From positions 6,984-70,983 of the forward strand of contig DASZOM010000006.1 in the NCBI GenBank assembly GCA_035550735.1: a stretch of DNA of 64,000 nucleotides. The letters run 5' to 3'. The notes beneath the pieces were generated by a model. It had not been told where the DNA came from. It saw nothing but the letters and a program-made list of their open reading frames with translations, and made no database searches. The position numbers and the translations under genes are program-made. This stretch comes from Acidimicrobiia bacterium (GTDB lineage: Bacteria > Actinomycetota > Acidimicrobiia > Spongiisociales > ZC4RG35). Positions 34,734 through 43,834 of the stretch are shown piece after piece; within the stretch, counting starts at the first letter, position 1, and every line of letters starts with the position of its first letter.

Positions 34734-34777
34734 GCGGGCCGGCTCTCCCTCGAGGTCGAGGGTCAGAGCCGGCCCGC
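34734..34777 (-). terminator. long GC hairpin between the small membrane gene and pncA
   Basis: GCGGGCCGGCTCT-18 nt-AGAGCCGGCCCGC, a 13-bp perfect stem. The loop holds a nested inverted repeat CCCTCGA/TCGAGGG. No clear U-tract. Confidence 0.45.
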
Positions 34778-34785
34778 AGGTCCGG

Positions 34786-35067
34786 CTATCGGTGCTCTGG
34801 GTCGTCCTGGGGGCTCTCCAAGGCATTGCCCGCGCCCGCCGGGTCGGGGGCCGGAGGCTCCTCCGACCCGTCACGTGGCCCGAAGGCGAGCGGTGCGATC
34901 ACCGCGATCCCGATCAGGATCAGCAGGGTCGGCCAGAACCACGAGCCGAGATCCCCGATGGCATCGAACAACCCCGAGGGCTCAGCCGGGATCAGGAAGA
35001 TCAGCCCGATGGCGGCGGCCACCAGCCCTGAAATGAATGAGAGGGCGTCGAATCTGTGTGTCTTCAT
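34786..35067 (-). CDS. small membrane protein (2 TM) with Pro/acidic tail
   Basis: Hydrophobic stretches FISGLVAAAIGLIFLI and WPTLLILIGIAVIAPLAF. Start overlaps the upstream PspC gene's stop by 4 nt. Confidence 0.6.
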   Translation of the reverse strand: MKTHRFDALSFISGLVAAAIGLIFLIPAEPSGLFDAIGDLGSWFWPTLLILIGIAVIAPLAFGPRDGSEEPPAPDPAGAGNALESPQDDPEHR

Positions 35068-36296
35068 TGGTTGCTCCTCGAGCGATAGTCGACATCGATG
35101 TTCCCGACATTGACTTGGGCATCGATGACCAGCAAGCCGCTTTCTCCCGGGGCGTCGAAGGTCATCGCGGTGTCACCGAAGCCGAAGGACTCGTCGCCCG
35201 GACCGGCGACCCGTCCGATGTCCACCCGCGCCTCACCGTCGATGCCGACACCGTCGGGCACCCAGATCTCGATGTTCCCCGCATCGACGCTCACCCCCAG
35301 CTCGACGATCTCACCGTCCCAGGGAAGCCGACGCAGGTCGATCACCATCGAGCCCACATCGATCCGGTAGGAGCTCTCCAGGTCCTCGAAGGACGTTGGG
35401 ATGACGGTGTGGTCGAAATTCTCGGAGTTCCAGTCGTATTCGAAGGCGGGTGAGAACATGAGCGTCGGGATCATGAGCGCACCCAGCAGGATCAACCAGC
35501 GCGCCCGGCCATAGATCGATCCCACCAAGAGCCCCACGCCGAGCACGGTCACCGAGAGCGCCAGGTAGTGCCTCGGATCGGCATCGATGGCGATCGCCGG
35601 CACGTTGTCGAGCACGGCGAGCACGCCCATCGCCAGCAGCATCAGCCCGATGGTGATCCGGCCGAGGATCGAATGCTCGCGGGGACGCGCCGGTGGCGGC
35701 TCCGGAGGAGTCCTCCTAGCCCGAGGCGGCGGGGGCACCCGCCCACCGGCGGGGGAGTCGCCGGTGAGGTCACCTCTCTCGGTGACTGTCGTGGTTGTCG
35801 TCATTTGTTGAACTCCCTCCTTTGACTCAGGGGTCTCCCCGTCCGCCGGAGGCGAGCCGGGCGACGACTCGCCGCGCGGAGGCAGGTAGCCCAGGTAGAG
35901 GAGCAACCCGACCACGAGCAACGCCGCGGCCCAAACCACCTCACCTGCGAGGATGGTGAAGTTGTCGAGGATGATCACGCCGGCGAGGACGATGAGCCCG
36001 ATGCCCACCCACGACCTGGGGCCCGCGGCGCCGGTGAACCAACGCTCGGCGTTCGATTCGGCCTCGTCCTCCGACCTGATGAATGCCCACCCTGCCGCGT
36101 ACAGGACGACGCCGAGGCCTCCCATGAAGGCGGTGACTATGAACAGGAGCCTCGGTATCCATGGGGCGATCCCGAAGTTCTCGGCCAAACCCTGGGCGAC
36201 GCCGCCCAGCATCCGGCCGCGAACAGGCCGCACCAGGTGCAACCTGCGCTCTGGGCGCTCGGACTGGGCCGACGCCGTCGTGTCTGTGTTTTCCAT
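35064..36296 (-). CDS. PspC-domain membrane protein
   Basis: RGRMLGGVAQGLAENFGIAPWIPRLLFIVTAFMGGLGVVLYAAGWAFI is a PspC domain, followed by multiple TM segments and a C-terminal beta-rich domain. Confidence 0.8.
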   Translation of the reverse strand: MENTDTTASAQSERPERRLHLVRPVRGRMLGGVAQGLAENFGIAPWIPRLLFIVTAFMGGLGVVLYAAGWAFIRSEDEAESNAERWFTGAAGPRSWVGIGLIVLAGVIILDNFTILAGEVVWAAALLVVGLLLYLGYLPPRGESSPGSPPADGETPESKEGVQQMTTTTTVTERGDLTGDSPAGGRVPPPPRARRTPPEPPPARPREHSILGRITIGLMLLAMGVLAVLDNVPAIAIDADPRHYLALSVTVLGVGLLVGSIYGRARWLILLGALMIPTLMFSPAFEYDWNSENFDHTVIPTSFEDLESSYRIDVGSMVIDLRRLPWDGEIVELGVSVDAGNIEIWVPDGVGIDGEARVDIGRVAGPGDESFGFGDTAMTFDAPGESGLLVIDAQVNVGNIDVDYRSRSNQ

Positions 36297-36340
36297 GATT
36301 GCAAATCGACCAGAACCACCGGCTTCTTGGTATCGGTGAC

Positions 36341-36372
36341 CACCCTGAGCCCACCCTGAGCCGGTCAGGGGG
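36341..36372. repeat. perfect 11-bp tandem repeat CACCCTGAGCC x2 plus an inverted third half-site (CCCTGA..TCAGGG)
   Basis: Seen directly in the divergent promoter region between the PspC gene and the PspC-HK gene. Confidence 0.4.
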
Positions 36373-36415
36373 CTCCCTCATTGTGGTTGGGCTCGCACGG
36401 GGGCATCATTTCGAC

Positions 36416-37582
36416 GTGGTATCGACCGCAGAGACGATTTCGCCCCGACTTCACCGTCGAAGGTCGAGACGCGTGGTCGCCGGCGTGGCCGGTGGCATCG
36501 CCGACTCGCTGGGGGTTCGCGACGCCTACGTGAGAGCCGCGTTCCTCACGCTGCTCACCGTGTGGGGGATCGGGGGCTTCGTCTACATGCTCGGCTGGCT
36601 TGCCACCTATGACAGGGTGGATGATCGCCGGGCACAACCGGTGCACAGCGTGAGGGCCCTCGGTCTCGGTGTCGCCTTCACCGGGCTGATCCTGTTGATG
36701 GGATCTCTGGGTATGTGGCCCAACCCCGTCTTGGTGCTCACCACGGGCGCTCTCTCGTTTGGAGTCGCCGCGGTCACCGACCCTGCGAGCCCGGGTCCTC
36801 TCGCCGCCCTGCTCGACCCCGGGGTGAACAAGGTGAGCCGGCTCCGGCTCATCATCGGAGGCCTTCTCCTCGTCGGCGGGATCGTGATGTTCTCCAGCGC
36901 CGTGGGGCGCATCTTCGAGGTGGGGGTGGTCTTCCTCGCCGTGTTCCTCACCGGTCTGGGCATCCTCATCGCCTTCGGACCGTGGGTGCGTCGCCTGGTC
37001 TCCGATCTCGGCCGCGAGCGGAGCGAGAGGATCAGGCAGGAGGAGCGGGCCGAGGTCGCCGCCCACCTCCATGACTCCGTGCTGCAGACCCTCGCCCTGA
37101 TACAGCGCAGTGACGACCCACAACGGATGGCGATGCTGGCCCGTCACCAGGAGACCGAGCTTCGCGACTGGCTCTACGGGAGCGCCCCTTTCGACGGCGT
37201 GGATCTGGTCTCGACGGCCCTTCGCCAGGCGGCATCCCGGGTCGAGCACGACTTCGGGGTTCCCATCGACGTGGTGACGGTGGGGGATCAGCCCGTGGTG
37301 GAGCGGAGCCGCGCGATGGTTGGGGCTGCTTCGGAAGCCATGGTCAACGCGGCGAAGCACTCCGGGGCGGCGAGGGTGTCCCTCTACATGGAAGTCGAGG
37401 ACGGAGGCACCACCGTCTACATAACCGACCAGGGCAAGGGATTCGACGCCGAGGCGATACCTGCGCACCGTCGCGGTATCGTCGAGTCGATACGGGCACG
37501 AATGGCAAAGGTCGGGGGAGAGGCCGAGATCGACAGCGAGCCAGGAGAGGGCACCGAGGTGATACTGAGGCTGCGCCCGTGA
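36416..37582 (+). CDS. sensor histidine kinase with N-terminal PspC domain (HisKA_3 type)
   Basis: PspC domain (RVVAGVAGGIADSLGVRDAYVRAAFLTLLTVWGIGGFVYMLGWL), TM segments, H-box AAHLHDSVLQTL, and ATPase blocks (NAAKHSGA, DQGKGF, EPGEGTEV). The GTG at 36416 is preferred because the track start at 36299 abuts the divergent gene. Start uncertain. Confidence 0.8.
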   Translation: MVSTAETISPRLHRRRSRRVVAGVAGGIADSLGVRDAYVRAAFLTLLTVWGIGGFVYMLGWLATYDRVDDRRAQPVHSVRALGLGVAFTGLILLMGSLGMWPNPVLVLTTGALSFGVAAVTDPASPGPLAALLDPGVNKVSRLRLIIGGLLLVGGIVMFSSAVGRIFEVGVVFLAVFLTGLGILIAFGPWVRRLVSDLGRERSERIRQEERAEVAAHLHDSVLQTLALIQRSDDPQRMAMLARHQETELRDWLYGSAPFDGVDLVSTALRQAASRVEHDFGVPIDVVTVGDQPVVERSRAMVGAASEAMVNAAKHSGAARVSLYMEVEDGGTTVYITDQGKGFDAEAIPAHRRGIVESIRARMAKVGGEAEIDSEPGEGTEVILRLRP

Positions 37583-38214
37583 GCATCTCCGTCTACCTGG
37601 TCGATGATCATCGCCTGTTCCTCTCGGGGGTAAGGGCTGAGCTCGCCGACGAGTTCCGCATCGTGGGAACCGGCTACGACGTCGACACCGCCATCGAGGA
37701 GATCAGGGGCTATCGCCCCGACGTGGTCCTCGTCGACGTCCACATGCCGGACGGGGGAGGGATCGCAGTGGTCGAGGGTGTCACCGGGACCGATCCCGAC
37801 GTCAAGTTCCTGGCGCTATCCGTCTCAGACCAGGCCGAGGACGTCATCGCCATGATCAGGGCGGGGGCGCGGGGTTACGTCACCAAGACGATCGCTCCGG
37901 AGGATCTGGCGGACGCCATCCGCCGGATCCACGCCGGGGACGCCGTCTTCTCACCGCGACTGGCCGGATTCGTGCTCGATGCATTCGCCGGCGCCATCCC
38001 CTCCGATGAGGACCCCGAGCTCGATCAGCTCACCTCACGGGAGAAAGACGTCCTCCGTCTCATCGCCCGCGGCTTCGCCTACAAGCAGGTAGCGCGCAAG
38101 CTGAACATCTCGATCAAGACCGTGGAGACCCACGTCTCGTCGGTGCTGCGCAAGCTGCAGCTGTCCAACCGGCACGAATTGGCGAGATGGGCGAGCAAAC
38201 GGCGCATCGTCTGA
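37579..38214 (+). CDS. LuxR/NarL-family response regulator
   Basis: REC domain (VYLVDDH, VVLVDVHMPDG, ALSV, YVTK) plus LuxR HTH (LTSREKDVLRLIARGFAYKQVARKLNISIKTVETHVSSVLRKL). Confidence 0.92.
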   Translation: MSISVYLVDDHRLFLSGVRAELADEFRIVGTGYDVDTAIEEIRGYRPDVVLVDVHMPDGGGIAVVEGVTGTDPDVKFLALSVSDQAEDVIAMIRAGARGYVTKTIAPEDLADAIRRIHAGDAVFSPRLAGFVLDAFAGAIPSDEDPELDQLTSREKDVLRLIARGFAYKQVARKLNISIKTVETHVSSVLRKLQLSNRHELARWASKRRIV

Positions 38215-39143
38215 GCGTGGGCCTCGAGATCACCCCGGAAGAGATCACGGCTGCCGCGAGCCGGATCGAGAAGCATGTCCGCCGTACACCGGTCCTGGAG
38301 ACGGGCGATCTGCTGGGTCGCGGGTTCTCACTCGTCTTCAAGCTGGAGCATCTCCAGGTCACCGGCTCGTTCAAGCCCCGCGGTGCCTTCTCGCTGCTGA
38401 CGGCGACCGATGTTCCAACCGCCGGGGTGGTCGCCGCCTCCGGGGGGAATTTCGGCATTGCGGTGGCCCATGCGGCATCCCGGCTCGGCTTGCCAGCGAC
38501 GATCTTCGTCCCCGAGTCCTCACCCGCCGAGAAGATCGGCCGGATAGGCAGTCATGGGGCACGGGTAGAGGTCGTCCCCGGCTACTACGACGACGCCCTC
38601 GCCGCCTCGCGTCGCCACGCTGCGGAGACCGGGGCGTGCCAGGCACATGCCTACGACCAGCCCGCGGTGGTCGCAGGGCAGGGCACCATGGCGAGAGAGT
38701 TGGAGGAGCAGTCGCAGTTCGACGTCGTGCTGGTGGCCGTGGGTGGGGGAGGGCTCATCGGTGGGGTCGCCAGCTGGGTGCGGGACCGGTCGACAGTGGT
38801 CGCGGTGGAGCCGGTGGAATGCCAGAGCCTCCACGCCTCGCTCGCTGCCGGTCGACAGGTCGAAGTGGAAGTCGGTGGCGTTGCCGCGTCGTCGCTCGGG
38901 GCGCGGACCGTGGGTGACCACGCTTGGGCGGCGAGGCATTGGATCGACGAGTCGGTGGTCGTCTCCGACGAGGTCATCGTCGACGCACAACGCCTCATCT
39001 GGTCCGAGCTGAGGCTGGCCGTGGAACCGGCGGCCGCCGCCACCGTCGCTGCCCTGACGACCGGTGCCTACACCCCGCCCCGGGGTTCGCGAGTGGTGGC
39101 GGTGCTCAGCGGCGGGAACGTCGATCCCGCCAGCGTCGGCTGA
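38187..39143 (+). CDS. PLP-dependent threonine/serine dehydratase-family enzyme, no ACT domain
   Basis: LEHLQVTGSFKPRGAF Lys motif and ASGGNFG. Alternative GTG start at 38217, just after the regulator's stop. Confidence 0.8.
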   Translation: MGEQTAHRLSVGLEITPEEITAAASRIEKHVRRTPVLETGDLLGRGFSLVFKLEHLQVTGSFKPRGAFSLLTATDVPTAGVVAASGGNFGIAVAHAASRLGLPATIFVPESSPAEKIGRIGSHGARVEVVPGYYDDALAASRRHAAETGACQAHAYDQPAVVAGQGTMARELEEQSQFDVVLVAVGGGGLIGGVASWVRDRSTVVAVEPVECQSLHASLAAGRQVEVEVGGVAASSLGARTVGDHAWAARHWIDESVVVSDEVIVDAQRLIWSELRLAVEPAAAATVAALTTGAYTPPRGSRVVAVLSGGNVDPASVG

Positions 39144-39155
39144 TCCCGGCGAGGC

Positions 39156-40166
39156 TCACCCCGCCACTGCGGGTTGTGGCATCGGCGCGCTGCCCAGGTG
39201 GCTCTCCAACACCTCCCAGACCGCAGGTTGGGCCAGGGTTCGCTTCATTGCGATCAGGGTCCGCATGAAGGTCGGCACGGCCCGATCCGGGTCGAGAGGG
39301 TTGGGCCGCATGGCGTTTTGAACCGAAGGAGATGGGGTCAACGTCACCACATCGCAATTCGGCCAAGCGTCCCGGATTAACGCGACCTCCTCGCTGAGGG
39401 AGCGGACACCAACCCGGTCGAACATCTTCTCATGGAATCGGGCTCGTCTCCTGTGCTCACTGGCGGCCATAGGAGCGAGGATGAGCACAAGATCGAGGGG
39501 AGCACCATGCCCGAGCACGAGGTCGGCATGGGTGCCCGAGGCGACGCCTCCGTCCACGAAGAGCCGGCCGTCGATCGGATAAGGGCAGAACACGAGGGGC
39601 ACCGCCGACGAGGCGGCCACTGCGTCGGCGATGCCGACGTCGGGCGCCCCTTGGGTGCCGAAGGCGGTCCTGCGCCCGGTCTCGATCTCATAGGCGACGA
39701 TCGCAGTCGGTGCCTGGGGCCAGCCCGAGGCTGCGTCCGCTCCGATGTTGTCCGTGACCCATCGACCGATCCCGGAGGCCGTGTAGCGCGCCGGTGAGCC
39801 GAGGAACAGGGTGAGACCGGGACGACGGACCCCGGGCACCAGACCGTGCCGCACCCATTTGCCAACGGTGGCCGAGGCACCCCTGGCATAGACGTGGGAG
39901 CGAATCCTCTCGGCCACGTCCTCCCGCTCGTCGCTGGGGAGCACCAGCCAGTCCAGTCCGAGTGCCTCGTGACGGACCAGGGACGCGACGAAAGCGCCAC
40001 ATGAGGTGCCCACGATGACGTTGGCGCTGTTGGGATCCCACCCGGTCGCCATCTCGATGGCCATCAAGGCGCCGATCTCATATGCAGCGCCGGTGATGCC
40101 CCCGCCGCCGAGGACCAGACCTACCCTGCTCACACGGTCACGATAGGACCGCGGCGGGGTCAGCAA
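39156..40166 (-). CDS. patatin-like phospholipase
   Basis: GLVLGGGGITGAAYEIG oxyanion motif, GTSCG nucleophile elbow, and DGG (VDGGVAS) Asp motif. Confidence 0.85.
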   Translation of the reverse strand: MLTPPRSYRDRVSRVGLVLGGGGITGAAYEIGALMAIEMATGWDPNSANVIVGTSCGAFVASLVRHEALGLDWLVLPSDEREDVAERIRSHVYARGASATVGKWVRHGLVPGVRRPGLTLFLGSPARYTASGIGRWVTDNIGADAASGWPQAPTAIVAYEIETGRRTAFGTQGAPDVGIADAVAASSAVPLVFCPYPIDGRLFVDGGVASGTHADLVLGHGAPLDLVLILAPMAASEHRRRARFHEKMFDRVGVRSLSEEVALIRDAWPNCDVVTLTPSPSVQNAMRPNPLDPDRAVPTFMRTLIAMKRTLAQPAVWEVLESHLGSAPMPQPAVAG

Positions 40167-40192
40167 CAGCCATCGTCACCGGGTCGAGCGAT

Positions 40193-40402
40193 TCAGCCGA
40201 ATGTCCTGCCGCAGCCTTTGCAGTGGCTGTCGTGCTCGTGTGTCGGCGCATAACACCACGGGCATGGAAGATCGTCGCCTCGCTCATCCCTGGCCGAGAC
40301 CGCGAGCCGGCTTGCCGGCCTGAATCGCTCGTTGCCTCTCACCCCTTTGGCGAGGACGAACAGACCCGTCGTTGCCGTGGCGACCACCAATGCTTCGAAC
40401 AT
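40193..40402 (-). CDS. 69-aa membrane-anchored zinc-ribbon protein
   Basis: MFEALVVATATTGLFVLAKGV (TM) ...CPWC...(9)...CKGC. AAGGAG lies 7 nt upstream of the ATG at 40402. The 183-aa track ORF extension is Arg/Gly shadow. Confidence 0.5.
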   Translation of the reverse strand: MFEALVVATATTGLFVLAKGVRGNERFRPASRLAVSARDERGDDLPCPWCYAPTHEHDSHCKGCGRTFG

Positions 40403-40491
40403 GTCCGCACTCCTTGCCGAGAGTACGGAGAGGCTAAGCGGGGGTCGGGCGGATTCCGTGGATTTGCCGGGCAGGGCCGAGAGCGGCTGCC

Positions 40492-41322
40492 TCAGCCGCC
40501 CATGACGGCTTCGGTGAGGTCGTCGACGAGGTAGTGGAGGTCGCCGAGACGGCCTTCCCGGACCTCGGCGGCGTCCAGCATCATCATGGCCGAGTGATAG
40601 GCGACCCAGGAGCGATAGCGGCTCTCGGGAAGCTCTGCGCTGTAGCCCTTGCGAAATGCGGCAGCGGCGTCCTCGCCGTGATTGACCGCGAATTGCCACA
40701 CGGCCAGCGTCAGATCCCACTCCGGCGGCCCCAGCGTGGCCCATTCCCAGTCGACCAGCGTCACGGCACCGTCCTCGTTCACCACGAACTTGGACGGGGT
40801 GGGACGAGTGTGCGAAGGCACCGGATCGGTGGCTAGGGGAGGCTCGAGCTCGAGCGCCTTGTCGAGCACCACCTGCTGCATCCCGAAGCGGCGTCGGAAC
40901 CGGCCGAGACGCTCCACAGTGGAGCGATAGTGGCTCTTCACATAGTCCCGGTCGATGCCGACCACCAGGTTGGTGATCTCGGCCTGGGCACTGTGGACGT
41001 TGCGCAGGGTTCGCCCGGCGGCCTCGACGACGTCGAGGTTCTTGGGAAGGCTGGACAGGTTCCAGCTGCCTCCGTCGGTCATCTTCAGCCAGGCCTGATC
41101 GCCCTCGATCCCGTGGTTGAGGATGGTGGGGACGCCTTCGATGCCGGCGAGCGCCTCCAGGGCCCGTCGCTCACGCTTCTCCCGCGAAGCAACGGGATAG
41201 ACCTTGACGATCGAGCTGTCCACCTCGTTTTCCGTGACCCGATACACCTTGTTGGCCCCGGCTGCCAGCTCACGAATGCGCGCCTTTGGGTAGAGCCCCT
41301 CGACCAGTCCCCGTTGCGTCAT
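40492..41322 (-). CDS. aminoglycoside/choline-kinase-like phosphotransferase (APH family)
   Basis: Kinase-like fold: VYRV...VKVY, catalytic HTRPTPSKFVV, and LVDWEWATLGPPEWDL. Confidence 0.75.
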   Translation of the reverse strand: MTQRGLVEGLYPKARIRELAAGANKVYRVTENEVDSSIVKVYPVASREKRERRALEALAGIEGVPTILNHGIEGDQAWLKMTDGGSWNLSSLPKNLDVVEAAGRTLRNVHSAQAEITNLVVGIDRDYVKSHYRSTVERLGRFRRRFGMQQVVLDKALELEPPLATDPVPSHTRPTPSKFVVNEDGAVTLVDWEWATLGPPEWDLTLAVWQFAVNHGEDAAAAFRKGYSAELPESRYRSWVAYHSAMMMLDAAEVREGRLGDLHYLVDDLTEAVMGG

Positions 41323-41409
41323 CCCTAACCACCCCTGTCGAACTCGAGCCGGCGACTAGCCCCTGTCGCCGAATTACCCTGCCGCAGGCTAGCGACAACA
41401 AGGCAATTT

Positions 41410-43338
41410 GTGGACCTTCGTCTTCCCGACCAGACCATCATCACCCTCGACCCGGGTGCCACCGGCCTGCAGGCTGCCGAGGCGATCGGGCCCGGCCTGG
41501 CTCGTGCCGCGGTGGCGGTCAAGATCGACGGCGAGCTACGCGACCTGTCACGCCCCATCGAAGACGGCGGAGACTTCGAGGTGATAACCCTCGATTCGGA
41601 CGAGGGCCTGCACGTCCTGCGTCACTCGACGGCACATATCCTCGCCCAGGCGGTGCTCGACCTGTTCCGGGGGGCGACATTCGCCATCGGCCCGCCCATC
41701 GAGGATGGCTTCTACTACGACTTCGAGGTACCCGAGCCATTCACCCCGGAGGACCTGGAGAAACTCGAGACCCGCATGTCCGAGATCATCGCCGCCGACC
41801 AGCCGTTCACCCGGGTGGTGATGTCCCGAGACGAGGCGATCCAGGCCTTCGGTGACCACAAGTTCAAGGTCGAGATCATCGAGAGCCTCGACCCGGACGA
41901 GGTGTCGGGTACAGACGAGGTCACCGCCTATCGCAACAACGGCTTCATCGACCTCTGCCGTGGGCCGCACCTCCCTTCGACCGGGCGCATCCCCGCCTTC
42001 AGGCTGTTGCGCAGCTCAGGCGCCTACTGGCGCGGCGACCAGGCCCGGGAGCAGCTGCAGCGTGTCTACGGGACCGCCTGGGCCTCCAAGGCCGATCTCG
42101 AGGCCCATCTGCATCGTCTGGAGGAGGCGGAGAAGCGGGACCACCGCCGGCTGGGGACCGAGCTCGATCTGTACAGCTTCCCCCCACAGCTGGGCGCCGG
42201 GCTCGCCGTATGGCACCCCAAGGGCGGGATGCTGCGAAAGCTGGTCGAGGATCACAGCCGGCTCCTCCACCAACGATTCGGATTCGACTTCGTGTTCACC
42301 CCCCACATCGGCCGGGAAGAGCTCTGGGAGACCTCCGGGCACCTCGAGTTCTACGCCGAGAACATGTACCCGAAGATGCAGTACGAGGGGGATCCGGGAT
42401 ATCGGGTCAAGCCGATGAACTGTCCGTTCCACGTCCTCATCTACCAGAGCCGACAGCGTTCCTATCGGGAGCTCCCGATGCGATTGGGCGAGCTGGGCGG
42501 GGTCTACCGCTACGAGCAGTCGGGTGTCGTTCACGGCATCCTCCGCGCCCGCGGGTTCACACAGGACGACTCGCACACCTTCTGCACCGAGGGTCAGGTC
42601 GCGGACGAGCTGAAGCTGCACCTCGACTTCGTGCTCACCTGGCTGCGCGACTTCGGGTTCGACGAATTCGAGGCGGACCTGAGCACCCGGCCGGAGAAGG
42701 CGATCATCCACGAGGAGGAGCGCTGGGACGTCGCCGAGGCCGCGCTGGCCGACGCCTTGGAGGCGCACGACGTCGCGTATCGGGTGGCACCGGGCGAGGG
42801 TGCCTTCTACGGGCCCAAGATCGACGTCCACATCAAGGATGCGATCGGGCGGCGCTGGCAGTGCTCGACCATCCAGCTCGACGTGAACACCCCGCGACGG
42901 TTCGGTCTCCAGTACATCGACTCGGACAACACACCCGTCCGGCCCTACATGATCCACTGCGCCAAGGCGGGGTCCCTGGAGCGATTCATGGGGATCCTGG
43001 TCGAGCATCATGCCGGCGCGTTCCCCATGTGGCTGGCCCCGGTCCAGGTCTCGATCATCCCGGTCGCCGATCGCCACGATGAGTACGCGAGACGGGTCCA
43101 ACAGTCCCTGGTTGAGGCCGGTCTCCGGGTCGAGGTCGATCTCTCCAGTGACACTGTCGGGGACAAGATCCGTCGCGCTCTCACCCAGAAGCACCCGGCG
43201 GTGCTGGTCGTCGGTGACGACGACATCGCGAACTCAACAGTCGGGCTCCGGCTCTATGGCGAGGACCGGGACGACCGCGACTTGCCCCTCGTTGAGGCGA
43301 CGAACCGGCTGGTGGGGCTGGCCCGGCGCCCGTCGTGA
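41410..43338 (+). CDS. thrS: threonine--tRNA ligase
   Basis: TGS N-terminus, HSTAHILAQA, class II motifs (FRLLRSSGAYWRG, ELGGVYRYEQSG, HGILRARGFTQDD), and an anticodon-binding C-terminus. GTG start. Confidence 0.95.
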   Translation: MDLRLPDQTIITLDPGATGLQAAEAIGPGLARAAVAVKIDGELRDLSRPIEDGGDFEVITLDSDEGLHVLRHSTAHILAQAVLDLFRGATFAIGPPIEDGFYYDFEVPEPFTPEDLEKLETRMSEIIAADQPFTRVVMSRDEAIQAFGDHKFKVEIIESLDPDEVSGTDEVTAYRNNGFIDLCRGPHLPSTGRIPAFRLLRSSGAYWRGDQAREQLQRVYGTAWASKADLEAHLHRLEEAEKRDHRRLGTELDLYSFPPQLGAGLAVWHPKGGMLRKLVEDHSRLLHQRFGFDFVFTPHIGREELWETSGHLEFYAENMYPKMQYEGDPGYRVKPMNCPFHVLIYQSRQRSYRELPMRLGELGGVYRYEQSGVVHGILRARGFTQDDSHTFCTEGQVADELKLHLDFVLTWLRDFGFDEFEADLSTRPEKAIIHEEERWDVAEAALADALEAHDVAYRVAPGEGAFYGPKIDVHIKDAIGRRWQCSTIQLDVNTPRRFGLQYIDSDNTPVRPYMIHCAKAGSLERFMGILVEHHAGAFPMWLAPVQVSIIPVADRHDEYARRVQQSLVEAGLRVEVDLSSDTVGDKIRRALTQKHPAVLVVGDDDIANSTVGLRLYGEDRDDRDLPLVEATNRLVGLARRPS

Positions 43339-43823
43339 GCGAGGACACGCCCCGGATCGACCGGGAGGGGATCTACATCGAGCGTGACCTGGCCGACCGG
43401 GTCGCGATCGAAGAGGAGCTCGACTCCAACGTCACCGGGGAATACCGATTCCCGACACCCCGGAGACGTCGCATCGCCGCCTGGGTCTACCTCGTCGCCG
43501 CCGCGGCGACGATTTTCGCCTTCCCCGAGGGATGGGTGATCTCCATCGGGCTCGCCGGGGTCGCGGTCTGGCACTTCCTCTCTGCCTGGCCGATGGAGAT
43601 CGACGAGCACGAGGCGATGACCACGGCTGCCGGGAAGGTCGGGTTCGCGGTCGGCCATGCCTCTGCGTCCGTGCGGTTCAAGGGATGGAGGTCGCGTCCG
43701 AGATGGTCGGTCGTGATGTACTCGGCCACCGAGCCGCCCGATCAGCGTGCCCTCGTCGTGGTGGACGCCGTCAGCGGTGAGGTCGTGGAGCCGCCCTATG
43801 TGGAGGACGTCACCGCGGTCTGA
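43335..43823 (+). CDS. hypothetical membrane protein coupled to thrS
   Basis: Two TM segments (IAAWVYLVAAAATIFAF, VISIGLAGVAVWHFL). Start overlaps the thrS stop (GTGA). Confidence 0.6.
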   Translation: MSEDTPRIDREGIYIERDLADRVAIEEELDSNVTGEYRFPTPRRRRIAAWVYLVAAAATIFAFPEGWVISIGLAGVAVWHFLSAWPMEIDEHEAMTTAAGKVGFAVGHASASVRFKGWRSRPRWSVVMYSATEPPDQRALVVVDAVSGEVVEPPYVEDVTAV

Positions 43824-43834
43824 GCGACCAGCGG

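Noticed and set aside
36341-36362. CRISPR-like repeat
   Set aside because: There are only two abutting 11-bp copies with no spacers and no cas genes. It is interpreted as a regulatory tandem repeat.
40403-40744. N-terminal 114 aa of the 183-aa track ORF
   Set aside because: It is Arg/Gly/Pro-rich with no motifs and overlaps the 3' end of the phosphotransferase gene region. A strong SD precedes the internal ATG at 40402.
41323-41409. Possible T-box or other leader upstream of thrS (inverted repeat CGGCGAC-8 nt-GTCGCCG)
   Set aside because: The region is too short for a T-box (about 87 nt). No specifier or T-box consensus was seen, and a single 7-bp stem is not sufficient evidence.
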